Shown here piece after piece: positions 8,201 through 17,845 of a DNA stretch of 64,000 nt. Where the stretch lies: IMG/VR virus record IMGVR_UViG_2799112477_000001; one strand, written 5' to 3'. How positions within the stretch are numbered: position 1 is the stretch's first letter; each line of letters starts with the position of its first letter. The notes under the pieces were generated by a model that was not told the origin of the DNA, did not search any database, and saw nothing but the letters and a program-made list of their open reading frames with translations. A program made the translations under genes and the position numbers. Source of the stretch: an uncultured virus (IMG/VR IMGVR_UViG_2799112477_000001). Taxonomy: Duplodnaviria; Heunggongvirae; Uroviricota; Caudoviricetes.

Positions 8201-10762
8201 GTGTCAGCAAGAGCGGGCATCAATGTGCTTACGAGGACGATCAGCGAGATATCGAGAAAGGTCGACGGCTCATATAAGCCGTCGGAACACGCTTATTTCT
8301 ACAAAGACTTCCTGAAAGACAATTACGTTATCCTTGATGAGGCCTATATGCCTGACTACGGGTGCAGCGTTCCGCTCGTTTCCGAGATGGATATGCTGAG
8401 GCTCATAGAAAAGCATGCATCAAACGAGGATGCGAGTATAGAGGATAACCTTTCAGATTACTGTCACGATAATTTCCGCAGCGCAGGACTTGCCGGGAAC
8501 TACATAGAGAAGTTCACTGGGAAGATGCCTGAGATAATGCTGACACTTGATGAGGCGGCAAAGTATGCCGAGGGGCAGATAGAGTTCTCACACAGAGACT
8601 TTGTCAGCGACCTTGAGCTCGCACAGAGCTACGGCCAGCTTGATGCCGACGAGAGCACAGACCGCAAGGACAGTCTTCTGAGGCTTGCAGACCACTGGTA
8701 TGAATGGGCCACAGAAACACATAACTACGGTTTCTATAAAGACCTTCTCGAGGAGATGAGGGCGCAGATCAGAACTGACGCCGAAGGAAGAGGCGTTGCG
8801 ATGAACATAGAGCTTACGTCACTTCTTACTGCGAACCCGGAGCTTGAAAGAGATCACGCAGAATATGTCACCAAGATCAGGGTCATGATCGATAAGCAGA
8901 ACTACCTTGTCTCCGAGGACATGATTAATCACCTTCTCGCAGGGGATATCCCGTCTGATGTGGATCTTTTCGAAGAGGATTACCTCGCTGACTTCCACAG
9001 AAGCTATGATTACTACTATAGACTCGCAGGCAAGAGCGGACAGGCACTTTCAAACCTTGTCAAGACAAACGATCTCAGATCTCTTACCAGCAAGGAGCAG
9101 AAGGGCGCTCTGAACCTCAAGAACAGCTGGCCTAATCCGGGCAAGTCTGTTACTACAGAAGCGCTTAAGACCATCCTTACAACTCTTGGTATCGACGCAG
9201 AGAAGGTAGCGGCCACAGACATCGCTAACAGCGTTTACTCTGTGAGAGTGAAAAAGCCGCTGCACGAGGACGAGCAGTCGTACGGACATCCTATCTATGG
9301 ATTCGGTTCAAGAGCTGCAAGGGACGGGTTCAGAGTCCTTTGGCTGTCGGGTGCTTACAGCGCAGATGCGCTTCTCACAAAGCAGAGAGAACTTGGAAGA
9401 GGAAAGCATACCATAGCATTCCTCGACCACGCGATGACTGAGAGTGAGAGGAGGCGTCTCGCAAGAAAGATAAAAGAGGACGGACTGTCAAGCATCTTCA
9501 TGGTCATTGACAGAGTCCTGTATATGTATCTGATCCACAACTATTCTGAAGCAACGGTCCGCATGCTTATGGAGACGGCTATGCCATACAGTTTCTTCCA
9601 GCCATATATCAGCGACTCGGCGACAGTTATGCCGCCGGAGATGTTCATCGGAAGAAAAGCTGAGCTTGAGAAGATAAAAGACCCGGCGGGCGTCAACATA
9701 CTGTATGGAGGAAGGCAGCTCGGTAAGTCGGCTCTTCTCAGAAAGGCAAAGGCGGATATAGACAGGGATCCTGAAGGGGACAGAGCACTCCTCATCGATA
9801 TAAAGGACCTTGATTACGAGAAGACCGCAGTCAAGATATCACAGGCTCTTTTCGATGAAGGCATCATAAATGAGCCTATAGATGACGAAACGAGCTGGGA
9901 TGATATTGCGAGAGCTATCAGAAAGGTGCTGAACGGATCACATAAGATCCACTATCTCCTTCTCATGCTCGATGAGGCAGACGCGTTCCTTGCAAGCTGC
10001 GAAGAGGTGGGCTACAGCCCGTTCAACGCACTCAAGGATATCCAGCAGAATGTCGAGCCGGGCAGGTTCAAATTCGTGGTGGCGGGACTCAGAAACGTAG
10101 TCAGGTTCACGAAGGCTGCGACGAGCGGGAACAGCGTTCTCCCGCATCTTGAGAGCCTTACGATAAAGCCGTTCACCACGGTGGAGGGAAGGATGCTTCT
10201 TGAGGAGCCGCTTTACTACCTCGGATTCAGATTCCCGGAGGAGAATATGGACCTCGTACCGATGATACTCGCGACGACCAACTACTTCCCGGGGCTTATA
10301 CAGCTTTACTGCAGCAAGCTCATAACGGCTCTTCGCAACAACTACGGCGGATATAACGAGGCGGAAACGCCGCCATACGTCGTATCTGAAGAGCTCATCA
10401 AGAAGGTGCTTGCTGAGTCAGACTTCAGAGCGCAGATCAGGGAGAAGTTCATGATCACGCTTATGCTCGGGGATGATGACTACTACTATATCCTTGCGCT
10501 GATCCTTGCATATCTTTACAGGAACTATGACAGCGAGGATGGATATACGGCAGCGGAGATCCTCGATGTGGCAAAAGAGTTCGAGATCAGCCGTATCGCT
10601 GATATGACTGTTGAGCAGGTACAGGCGCTGATGACAGAGCTTCGCGAACTCAACGTAGTCAAGGAAGCCGGCCACAAGTATCTGTTCGCAAGATACAACT
10701 TCAGCTCCATGCTCGGAAGCGCTGAGGAAGTCGACGATAAGCTCCTCAGCTACACAGAGTAG
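5291..10762 (+). CDS. 1823-aa protein with C-terminal STAND-like P-loop NTPase and an internal Zn-ribbon
   Basis: FIGRKAEL, Walker A GGRQLGKS, Walker B LLMLDEAD, TNYFPGLIQ and a winged-helix-like tail. CPYC...FYGH...PCKHT resembles a topoisomerase-type Zn ribbon. Confidence 0.75.
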   Translation: MSKESKLELLDQLEEKVELLHAQTKETRKCLEAATERISSDGVLEVTRIDSIRKLLSEVKALTLTSSSLLSELGSDAVPASFSEFSEEIEGLRRLLDKSVYIEAREFLLRLRIHDENIAELFAKVKEDLLSMDIESMSASDCEEKLGDYVMLRNLLDPATENSEKVGYITKLSGSFDQQILGLAFGDAYTVEEASALDDYKKEESRIADGQEIIPVRGDDPVSEDDFGDDVTSSEEALPLNDDEDKSPYRILAEIADYPVGVGDGVNVSVTETASQASKAFSIKKFKESLRGEYLSKGCRRIMANLGFNMALPWGTEENPYIDVIEKKTEVNLNECQEFLLRKGYVRKLSAEGYPPICVLTKKGLEIFKSKSGCEFIGFKYNPDNKHLYVPATFEAYQTMLCRCHAWRLLKMSYSSSDAVAVDFQIVVMALEPDRVMNVLVTNACPKDTDEFEEYLELFTDSVDGLNFKDVLIYGATIEEARKLADIVVRIAGESIDPEETEIKLLTPETPIGDNEDVKVTAVTPAKDMPSEEYNCPYCNQPLQEIVKYDGEVFYGHEGGWKADAPCKHTFGSLEEITGRKGASEAPKKPDRKKKADSSEPKTEKKKMAATDSRTITEESEPVQAAADSKPSAQKSRKPVDNEVLKRIEQKVSKYASDGKIYCATAYATAAAIGNPDAEGLRDRLAYAVNDPAAHCIYTSDNLFSVYTAFSSQADYYYQTSAVLRLFFAGQARYDYNLQAIHDSINGSPALENNKALNDLIYTLREFKTKTGYSVDKYADYRSRDRVALEKDLANIRKEASSHYINDVEQQRMIRTRTISRRYEETWKGMFSKSGDVAVYLKAVADDDAELLELAADYVGSTFIKEGLPVSPENIDMRAIEQAIDDAWDNAGSRVSLVMKSSTLMGPLRNNMRQHLLKVVSCVCEWIEIHETLGDSRDSGYEAYTAIRSKVLDLARNAMDNIAAAGAPEDVSARAGINVLTRTISEISRKVDGSYKPSEHAYFYKDFLKDNYVILDEAYMPDYGCSVPLVSEMDMLRLIEKHASNEDASIEDNLSDYCHDNFRSAGLAGNYIEKFTGKMPEIMLTLDEAAKYAEGQIEFSHRDFVSDLELAQSYGQLDADESTDRKDSLLRLADHWYEWATETHNYGFYKDLLEEMRAQIRTDAEGRGVAMNIELTSLLTANPELERDHAEYVTKIRVMIDKQNYLVSEDMINHLLAGDIPSDVDLFEEDYLADFHRSYDYYYRLAGKSGQALSNLVKTNDLRSLTSKEQKGALNLKNSWPNPGKSVTTEALKTILTTLGIDAEKVAATDIANSVYSVRVKKPLHEDEQSYGHPIYGFGSRAARDGFRVLWLSGAYSADALLTKQRELGRGKHTIAFLDHAMTESERRRLARKIKEDGLSSIFMVIDRVLYMYLIHNYSEATVRMLMETAMPYSFFQPYISDSATVMPPEMFIGRKAELEKIKDPAGVNILYGGRQLGKSALLRKAKADIDRDPEGDRALLIDIKDLDYEKTAVKISQALFDEGIINEPIDDETSWDDIARAIRKVLNGSHKIHYLLLMLDEADAFLASCEEVGYSPFNALKDIQQNVEPGRFKFVVAGLRNVVRFTKAATSGNSVLPHLESLTIKPFTTVEGRMLLEEPLYYLGFRFPEENMDLVPMILATTNYFPGLIQLYCSKLITALRNNYGGYNEAETPPYVVSEELIKKVLAESDFRAQIREKFMITLMLGDDDYYYILALILAYLYRNYDSEDGYTAAEILDVAKEFEISRIADMTVEQVQALMTELRELNVVKEAGHKYLFARYNFSSMLGSAEEVDDKLLSYTE

Positions 10763-10766
10763 GGGG

Positions 10767-11810
10767 GTGATATTCATGGCAGGAAGTTCATGGTGGAAAG
10801 AAGTCTCCGGACCTGGCAGATTCATAGGTTCGGTAGCAGAATCGGCAATGGCACAGAAGAGCGTTATCCTCTCTGTGCCGGCTGAATTGCCGTTTGAAGA
10901 TCAGTTCTTCTCTCGTCTCACAGAGGAACTTCAGGCGGGATTTTCAGGGCATCAGGTGGCACTCCTAAATGGCATAACCGGGTCTCCTGCACAGTACTTT
11001 CTCAATAAGTGCTGCAAGCCGGAGGTCCGCACAACTTTCAGACCGAAACCGAACTATTCGGCAGCGAACTTTCTCGCGGACACTAAGAGCGCGACCCTTC
11101 ACGGTGCGTGCTATATAGTCGATCCTGGGGATGCGTCCGAGATACCTGAGTGGATAGACTTCATATCCGCATACATAAAGGCCGTGAAGAGCCCAATCCA
11201 GCCCGCGGTATTCATCCTTCTCTCCCGAAGCAGGAGGCCGAAAGCTCTGAAGGGCATAGGTCTTGTCGACTACGATGATTATACAACGCATTTTGACACC
11301 TATGCCTACTGCGCTATAAAGGCGTCTGAAGTAAAAGAACCGGAAGTAATAAAGACGTATCTTGCAGAGCTTGCAGCATCAGTCTCCGGCGGAAATGCCG
11401 AAGAAGCTGAAAAGGCGATATATATCTACAGGGAATTTCTTTCAGACCCACTGGGGTTCGCCTCACGTCATTTCAGTTTCAGTAATTCCAGCCAGGCGCC
11501 GGATGAAAAGCTGGTTTGGGAAGCACAGCTCAAGTGCATATTCCCGTATCTTGAAAGATACAGGTGTGAATTCGTAGAAAGACATGCGAAGGAGATAGAT
11601 CCGCATCTTCCTCTTCCGAATCCGGTAGGCAGTGATTTTGAAAAAGTATCAGACGTGGAGCTTGGAGCGCTGCTGTTTATGGCTTCAAGCGGGATGATAA
11701 AGATCCAGACGGAGGAATATGCCGAGCTCAGACGGTTCTCATACGCGAGAAACGACCTTGCTCATCTTGAGATACTTTCATATGAAGACATCCGGTCGCT
11801 GTTAGTATAG
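10767..11810 (+). CDS. Partner protein of the NTPase with a C-terminal HEPN-like RxxxxH motif
   Basis: Starts 4-13 nt after the NTPase stop. YARNDLAH lies near the C terminus. Confidence 0.55.
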   Translation: MIFMAGSSWWKEVSGPGRFIGSVAESAMAQKSVILSVPAELPFEDQFFSRLTEELQAGFSGHQVALLNGITGSPAQYFLNKCCKPEVRTTFRPKPNYSAANFLADTKSATLHGACYIVDPGDASEIPEWIDFISAYIKAVKSPIQPAVFILLSRSRRPKALKGIGLVDYDDYTTHFDTYAYCAIKASEVKEPEVIKTYLAELAASVSGGNAEEAEKAIYIYREFLSDPLGFASRHFSFSNSSQAPDEKLVWEAQLKCIFPYLERYRCEFVERHAKEIDPHLPLPNPVGSDFEKVSDVELGALLFMASSGMIKIQTEEYAELRRFSYARNDLAHLEILSYEDIRSLLV

Positions 11811-11832
11811 CTCTACTCGGCGAGCGAATCTC

Positions 11833-11860
11833 AAAAGCAGTCAGGGTAGGCTGCTTTTTT
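11833..11860 (+). terminator. Intrinsic terminator closing the two-gene NTPase operon
   Basis: AAAAGCAGTC-agggta-GGCTGCTTTTTT. Confidence 0.75.
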
Positions 11861-12023
11861 GTCGCCTTGTTCACTGTGAGTCCTACTTTTTGGACGATGT
11901 TTGCGTTATGCTACATTTACTGGGCAGTGTGCGTCCCGGGATCGCTACTTAAAGACCGTTATAATGCCGCACATCGTGGGATTAGAAGGGTTGTAAATCA
12001 ATTGATATCGGGGGCATGTTTTA

Positions 12024-12539
12024 ATGAAAGGAAAGTTGTTTAGTTATATGGACAATGGAATGATTTGGATCGGCGCAGTCTGTGCCGACAGTAATGCTTG
12101 CAGGACAACGTCACTGGAAGAGATCTGTGAGCATAACAGCAGGGCATACATAACCGGAAGCCCGGAGATGATACCGATCTGCGCAGGAGAAGGTCAGGAT
12201 ATCGTTAAGAAGAAAATGGAACTGATCAGGGATCTTCGCAGAAGAGAAGTTGCGGATTTTGAGATAGCGATAACTGAGTGCCTGACAGAAGCGATGCAGG
12301 GGGCCTGCATTTTTGTATGCCCGGACACAGATATGTCTGATGCAAGAGCCTACGAGAAGGACTGGCTAAAGATAGTGTCGCACGGCAGCGGACGCAGCAT
12401 TTCTCTGGAGGTGGATGTATCGCATTACTATGCGAGATATAAGGCTTTATCAGATTCCGGCGAGGAGTATGCATTGGCCGGAGTAGCAGATGAGATAAAG
12501 ATGGATATTTCATCTTTCTGCACAGATATCGACGGCTAA
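12024..12539 (+). CDS. Hypothetical protein
   Basis: 171-aa ORF ending at a shared terminator; no recognised motif. Confidence 0.5.
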   Translation: MKGKLFSYMDNGMIWIGAVCADSNACRTTSLEEICEHNSRAYITGSPEMIPICAGEGQDIVKKKMELIRDLRRREVADFEIAITECLTEAMQGACIFVCPDTDMSDARAYEKDWLKIVSHGSGRSISLEVDVSHYYARYKALSDSGEEYALAGVADEIKMDISSFCTDIDG

Positions 12540-12550
12540 AGTCATTTAGC

Positions 12551-12589
12551 AAAAAGCAGCACGGCCCCATTTGATGAACCGTGCTGCTT
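12551..12589. terminator. Terminator between convergent genes
   Basis: AAAAAGCAGCACGG...CCGTGCTGCTT. Confidence 0.7.
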
Positions 12590-12604
12590 GGTCTTTTGTT
12601 TCGA

Positions 12605-13720
12605 CTATTTCAGGGTCTCCATAACCTTCCTCTTATCTTCCTCATTTATCTTGATGTAGCGCTTTGTCGTAGTGAGCGAGTCGTGGTCGAGCAGGGATGC
12701 CACCAGGCTGATGTCATTGCCGCGATGTATCGCAGTTGTTGCTGTGGTCGCTCTAAGCTTGTGCGGGGAGTATCCGGATCCTCCTATGACTAAAGCGGTA
12801 TATTTGTGCACCAGTGCCTGAATCTGGCGCTCTGACAGCCTTTTTCTGCCTGCAGGGACAGCGTTGCCTTCTGCTTCTTTTTTCTCCGTAGAAAGGCAAA
12901 GAAACAGCGCGTCTTCGTGTCCGGGTGCAACGTCCGTGCATCGTCCGCGGTCCATCTCCATATATTCGTTATAGATGTTTATAAGCGTGCTGTTGAGCGG
13001 CATGACCGATTCTTTTCCACGCTTTCTGTACACGATGAAACTCTCTCTCTTAAGGTTGAAAGACGAGATATTAAGCTGCTGCAGTTCGGCGAGTCTGAGA
13101 CCTGCGATCGTAAAGAGGGCGATTATGAGCTTGTCTCTGTACTTTGTCTGCTCCCAGTAAGCGCGCTGGCGCTTCGTCAGGCCTTCTCCGGTCGAAACGA
13201 CGTCAAGAAGCTCGACTGCCTCGTTTTCTTCGAGAGCTTTCACGCTGCGGGATGATGCCTTGACTTTTATGGACATTATCTTCCCGGTAATGTCGTACTC
13301 TATCATATCGTGCTTATACAGATATTTCAGAAGTCCTACAATTGAGGAGCGCTTTCTCGCTCTTGCGTCCGGCCCGTTTTCTACGGTATCGCCGTTCATT
13401 TCATATTTCTTGATATATGTCAGGTATTCGTTGATATCCTTCGCCTTGAGGCTTTCCATATCCTTCAGGGTGATATCTTTCGGATTATGTGCTTTAGTAA
13501 GGCCGGTATCTGAAGCCATATAGGTGAGAAAGTAGGCAATATCATTTATATATGCCCACCTGGTCTTTACCGATCGCTCTTCACCGTCGAGAAATCTGTC
13601 GTAATCTGCAACAAAAGAGGGGAGACTAGGCAGCAGGTCGTCTGTGATCTTGTGACCTATGCTTTGCTCCTTTGCAAGGACGTTTTTCGGTTTTCTCTGG
13701 TTTCTGACTCTGTTGGCCAT
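12605..13720 (-). CDS. XerC/XerD-like tyrosine recombinase
   Basis: Catalytic set GLRLAEL, RKRGK, HKLRAT and LLDH...TTKRY, with a SAM-like N-terminal domain. Confidence 0.92.
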   Translation of the reverse strand: MANRVRNQRKPKNVLAKEQSIGHKITDDLLPSLPSFVADYDRFLDGEERSVKTRWAYINDIAYFLTYMASDTGLTKAHNPKDITLKDMESLKAKDINEYLTYIKKYEMNGDTVENGPDARARKRSSIVGLLKYLYKHDMIEYDITGKIMSIKVKASSRSVKALEENEAVELLDVVSTGEGLTKRQRAYWEQTKYRDKLIIALFTIAGLRLAELQQLNISSFNLKRESFIVYRKRGKESVMPLNSTLINIYNEYMEMDRGRCTDVAPGHEDALFLCLSTEKKEAEGNAVPAGRKRLSERQIQALVHKYTALVIGGSGYSPHKLRATTATTAIHRGNDISLVASLLDHDSLTTTKRYIKINEEDKRKVMETLK

Positions 13721-14143
13721 ATATGGCTTCCTCTGGTGTCGCTTAGCAATGCGCTGCAGATATGTTTTCTATAATCGCTATTTTAGCACATCCTCGGAGG
13801 TTTCCGAATCTGTTTCACCTTTATATATACAAAAGTTAAGCGAGTCTCATTTCGTGATCTCTTCAAAGTGTACTTCGCAGAATTTGCGAAACTCTTCAGA
13901 AGGGGACCGCTCAACTGACGTTCTGAAGAGCTCGGTGGATACTTCCTCGGTCCAACGCTCGTATTCGGCAACGGTTATGTAGTCTTTGAGCTTCTTTTCG
14001 GCTTCCGTCGCCATATACTGGTAGTTAATAGCTTCTTCTACGAGGAAACGCAGGAGAGCCTCAAGATCTTCAGTATCGCTTGTGTCGCACATTTCCACGG
14101 CTTCCGCCAGATATTCTATGTATTCCATCGAATAGTCCTCCTT

Positions 14144-14902
14144 CTAATATGCGACGTAACCGCGGATCAGATCAAAGAGCCAGTCATCGAGCCACCCGGA
14201 GAGTGTTTCGTCTGTCTGCGGATCTCTTTCCTTTATATATGTGTCAGCCATTGCTTTTGCCCTCTGCGCCAGCTCTCCTGCTATCTGCGCTGCCTTGGGG
14301 GCAGGGAAAACGGCATTTCTGATCTGAGCATATTTGCTGCAGTCAAGAACGGCCTCATATTTTTCGCCGGAAATGTATTTATCCAGCATAGCTGCTGTCT
14401 TGAAACAGTTCATCAGACTTTTTCTGTGGTAGCCGTACTTCTTTATGTCTTTGGCCGTCTTGTCAGTCTTCGTCAGCATCCGCTTGTATGTCTGTTCGAC
14501 CTGACCTGCAAGGCTCCTGACGGCTCTTCGCTCGTCCATATGAGCAAGCTTCTCTCTGTGGGCAATAAGTTCGTCGTATGCAAATTTGAAGCCCGGCGAG
14601 ACGAAGTGATAGTCGGTGAACAGCGTCTCTATATAATTCACATTCTGCTTTTTATAGTTATTGACTATCTCTCTTACGTCTTTTATGTCGCAGTCACCGC
14701 AGTCAAAGTTGATCGTCCTGCTGATTGGGGATCCAAGTATAAGGTCCCTGAGAGAAGGCGCTATGATGACTTTTGTGTCGATGTCGCTCTCTTCTGTGGC
14801 GAGTCCATAGTTCTGGCTGCCGCAGAGGAACACGCCCAGAACCGAATACTGCTTAGAAAGCACTTTGTATTCCTGTTTTAGGATTTTATTTATATCTGTC
14901 AC
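14144..14902 (-). CDS. Pol-beta superfamily nucleotidyltransferase (phage/YcgL-like)
   Basis: GSQNYGLATEESDIDTK (GS...DxD) and N.NYIE.LF. Confidence 0.8.
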   Translation of the reverse strand: MTDINKILKQEYKVLSKQYSVLGVFLCGSQNYGLATEESDIDTKVIIAPSLRDLILGSPISRTINFDCGDCDIKDVREIVNNYKKQNVNYIETLFTDYHFVSPGFKFAYDELIAHREKLAHMDERRAVRSLAGQVEQTYKRMLTKTDKTAKDIKKYGYHRKSLMNCFKTAAMLDKYISGEKYEAVLDCSKYAQIRNAVFPAPKAAQIAGELAQRAKAMADTYIKERDPQTDETLSGWLDDWLFDLIRGYVAY

Positions 14903-14935
14903 GGGTGATTGCCTCCTTTTTGCGTTTTGCTTTTT

Positions 14936-15366
14936 CTAATAGATGTACGGAACAACCAGCACCATCCCAGTGTCTGCGTCCGTGATATACCGCTCCGCTG
15001 GTCCGAACAACTGCATCGCTATATTTTCCTGGATAGGGGAGAGTGAGCAGAAGTCGCCGCTATCACGGTCGACGGCGCAGATGATGAATGTGCCGTGAAC
15101 TATGTCGTATACTGAGCCTTCATCGTCGATCAACGCTCTGCATCTGGGCAGGTCCAGAAACTTGCCTTCCTCATTGCAGAGAACGAACATGTCGGCGGTT
15201 TCTCTGGTCTTCTTCGGCCAGAAGGGGTGGTGGGATTCCATGAGACCGCCGAGGATCTCGCGTATGGTGTCCCCATTATTTTTGATTTCTTTTGTATATG
15301 CGGCCTTCTCCGGATCGCAGATTATCACTTTGATATGCTGTTCTTTCATCTTAAACCCTATCTCAT
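14936..15366 (-). CDS. DUF3846-like protein; its probable 5' part (17156-17249) is separated by the IscB insertion
   Basis: CNEEGKFLDLP..R......DIVHGTFII......F.SL. Removing 15367-17155 joins the two parts in frame. Confidence 0.75.
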
Positions 15367-15422
15367 TACGTAGTGCAGGAGACCCCGGTTTCTGTAAGCC
15401 GGGGAGGAATGCGCCCATGATG

Positions 15423-16772
15423 TTACATTACCTGTCTCCAGCCACCAACGTGATGGAGGAGCCTTATTTTCCTCGGCGAAATATCGCCTCCTCCGATAAG
15501 CTGTACGCTTGCGCCCTTGTTGTGGGTGCCCTTGACTGTGCGATTTCTTCCTTCAAAGATGACGATGTCCCCGGGCTGGTACAAATATCGCTGCGTGCGA
15601 ATACTGCGCCTGCCTTTAGATACCTTCTTCCCGCGAAAGATGCGCTCATTTTGAGAGTTGCTTCGTGGTATCGATCTTGAGGTGCGGTTACACCCGAGTT
15701 CCGCCGCCTTCTTCGTTTTGCCGTCACGTATGTCCACATATTTCGCGTCATAGAACTTCTCGAGTATGCGGTTGTTACGGCGGCGCTTCTCGAAGTAAAG
15801 CGTCCTTGTGCGGTGCTTCGGTCTCAGGCTGCCGATGCAATAGGCATCGTTAGCGTGTGACTTCCCGATATTGAGATCTATCCTCGTGCGTTTCGTCACG
15901 GCACCGTAGGTGATACTTGCCTCGACACCGAAGGATTTTACATCTTCGTAGATATGCCACTTTACGGTATTCATGAATGACGCGGACGCCATGCCTTTTG
16001 GTGGTTTCAGATCCCAGAGCTTTCCGCCCGGCTTATGGTTCTTCGGGCTATGGCACTTCTCGCATACTGTAGCTAGATTTGACAGCCTGTTTGACCTGTC
16101 ACCGGCACGGAAGCCGACATGGTGGATGCGAAGTATCACCCCGTCATGTATAGCCGACTTACCGCAGCAGAGACATCTGTAACCGTCTCTTGCAAAGACT
16201 GCTTCTCTCAAAGTGTCGTATCCGTATCTTGGACCGTGCTGATAGTCAGTACCGACCGGGATCGGCTTGCCCTGCTCGACAACGGTAAGGACCGCCGGAT
16301 CGAACTGTCCCATCTCCAATGTGACTTTTGTTATTGGGCAGACCTCATCGTACATCCTGAAGATGTCTATGTGGCGGTCCGCTTTGTTCCTGAGCGACGG
16401 AGCGAGCCAGCCTTCAGGCTTATTTCTGTTGTCGAAGCGTACCTTACGATAACGCTTTCTGTTACGCCTGGGTCTTCTCACCTCGCGGCGCTGATCGTCG
16501 TGGTGCTGTTTCTCGTCTTTGAGAAGCGTGTACTCCGCACTCACATATTCTTGTTTCTCCGATTTCAGAGAGACTCCGATATGCTGATACCCGGTATCCA
16601 CGCTCAGCTCGACTGGCTGTACTCCGCTTGTTGTATCGTACAAAAGCTGCACAGTGAACGGCTGATGCTTCACGATTTTCGCTCTTCCTGATCGGAGGAG
16701 CTTTCGGATCTTCCTGATGTTCATCGTTGGCATCAGCCTCTCGCCTTCTGCCGATATGACAAAGATTGTCAT
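15423..16772 (-). CDS. iscB: IscB RNA-guided endonuclease
   Basis: PLMP-like RLMP, RuvC-I SVDTG, Arg-rich bridge helix RRPRRNRKRYRKVRFDNR, RuvC-II TLEMG, HNH CLCC..HH..N..NL...CEKCH and RuvC-III SHANDA. Confidence 0.95.
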   Translation of the reverse strand: MTIFVISAEGERLMPTMNIRKIRKLLRSGRAKIVKHQPFTVQLLYDTTSGVQPVELSVDTGYQHIGVSLKSEKQEYVSAEYTLLKDEKQHHDDQRREVRRPRRNRKRYRKVRFDNRNKPEGWLAPSLRNKADRHIDIFRMYDEVCPITKVTLEMGQFDPAVLTVVEQGKPIPVGTDYQHGPRYGYDTLREAVFARDGYRCLCCGKSAIHDGVILRIHHVGFRAGDRSNRLSNLATVCEKCHSPKNHKPGGKLWDLKPPKGMASASFMNTVKWHIYEDVKSFGVEASITYGAVTKRTRIDLNIGKSHANDAYCIGSLRPKHRTRTLYFEKRRRNNRILEKFYDAKYVDIRDGKTKKAAELGCNRTSRSIPRSNSQNERIFRGKKVSKGRRSIRTQRYLYQPGDIVIFEGRNRTVKGTHNKGASVQLIGGGDISPRKIRLLHHVGGWRQVM

Positions 16773-16789
16773 GCGCTCCTCCTTTCTGT

Positions 16790-17155
16790 TGTTTCCTTTA
16801 CTGTAACTTGTTTTGCCTTACGGCTTCCGTATACCGTTCCTCCGAAGAAGGCGTATACACGGGTTCTCGCCCCGTAGGGCGGGGTCCACATCGCCAATGT
16901 TATTCCGCGGTTTGCTGATATACGCACTTCGGCTGCCCATCACCGATGTTTAACGCATATCCGTAGTGCCAGGGACTTGTGGAGCATCCCGGGGTACCTA
17001 TGCTTGATACAAGGAGGGACCCGCTATGCGGGAGGATTCCTTATATCGTTATTCGCGGATAACGTAGTGCACTGAGCACTTAGGCTAATCAACTGACTTG
17101 TTTTCACAAGCCCCCGCTTCAAAGCTCGTCAGAGCATAAGCGGTGGGTGGTTGAC
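16790..17155 (-). ncRNA. omegaRNA (HEARO-type) scaffold; the guide would derive from the flank at 17156 and above
   Basis: About 370 nt of non-coding, hairpin-rich sequence upstream of iscB, containing GTCAAC...GTTGATTAGCCTAAGT...ACTACGTT...AACATTGGCGA. The 3' boundary is approximate. Confidence 0.85.
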
Positions 17156-17845
17156 GCCGTTCCTTTGGTGAATAGTACATTCCGAGGAGCAACGTGTACT
17201 TTTTGCGGACTCTGTATTTTCTGCCAAGCCACCAGCTATAATTTCTCATGATCCGGTCCTTTCATTTCCTTCAACCCATAGCATTCGCCTTCTTTTTCAT
17301 AGAGGTTGCATTCCGCATTAGTCAGAGAGCAAAAATACACCCACCTTTCATGATCCCATTTATAATTACTGAACGGGCACTCATCGCTGTCTGGCATTTC
17401 ATCTACCATGAATTTCATCGTTGGCTTTTCCCTCCATTAATTGTCGTCTTCGTTATAGAAATCAATCCCTGCATACTCGCAGATATGCTCAAGATCTGTT
17501 CCGTTATTGAGCATGTTCTTTACAGCCTGCCCGATTGCTGTTCCGTCGTACATCTCGATGAAGCGCTCTATGTTGCTCAGATTACTCATAGGAATATCCT
17601 TTCAGGCAGATCCTCCGGATGTTCGATCAGGCCGAATCTTGTATTTACAGTTTCCGCGAACAGTTCGTATCTGCATCCGCCGGAGTAGGGGAAGACGCTC
17701 AGTATCCCGTCTTTTACTTCGATTGTTCTCCAGAGCGACGTGCGCTCAAGATTCAGGAGTACGCTTCCCGGCTGGATTTCTTCGTAATTTTCGGGGGTGA
17801 AGATTCTCTTCACCGCTATGTTTCTTCTTGTTACTGTTTCCGGCA

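Larger units (their letters stand above)
15367..17155 (-). mobile_element. IS200/IS605-superfamily IscB (OMEGA) element without tnpA
   Basis: The 5' end on the - strand is GTCAAC followed by hairpins. The 3' end carries hairpin CCCCGGCTT-acag-AAACCGGGG and is followed by ATGA. Confidence 0.85.

Noticed and set aside
12605..13720. Integron integrase with a cassette array
   Set aside because: I saw no IntI-specific insertion and no attC-like GTTRRRY/RYYYAAC repeats between the small genes.
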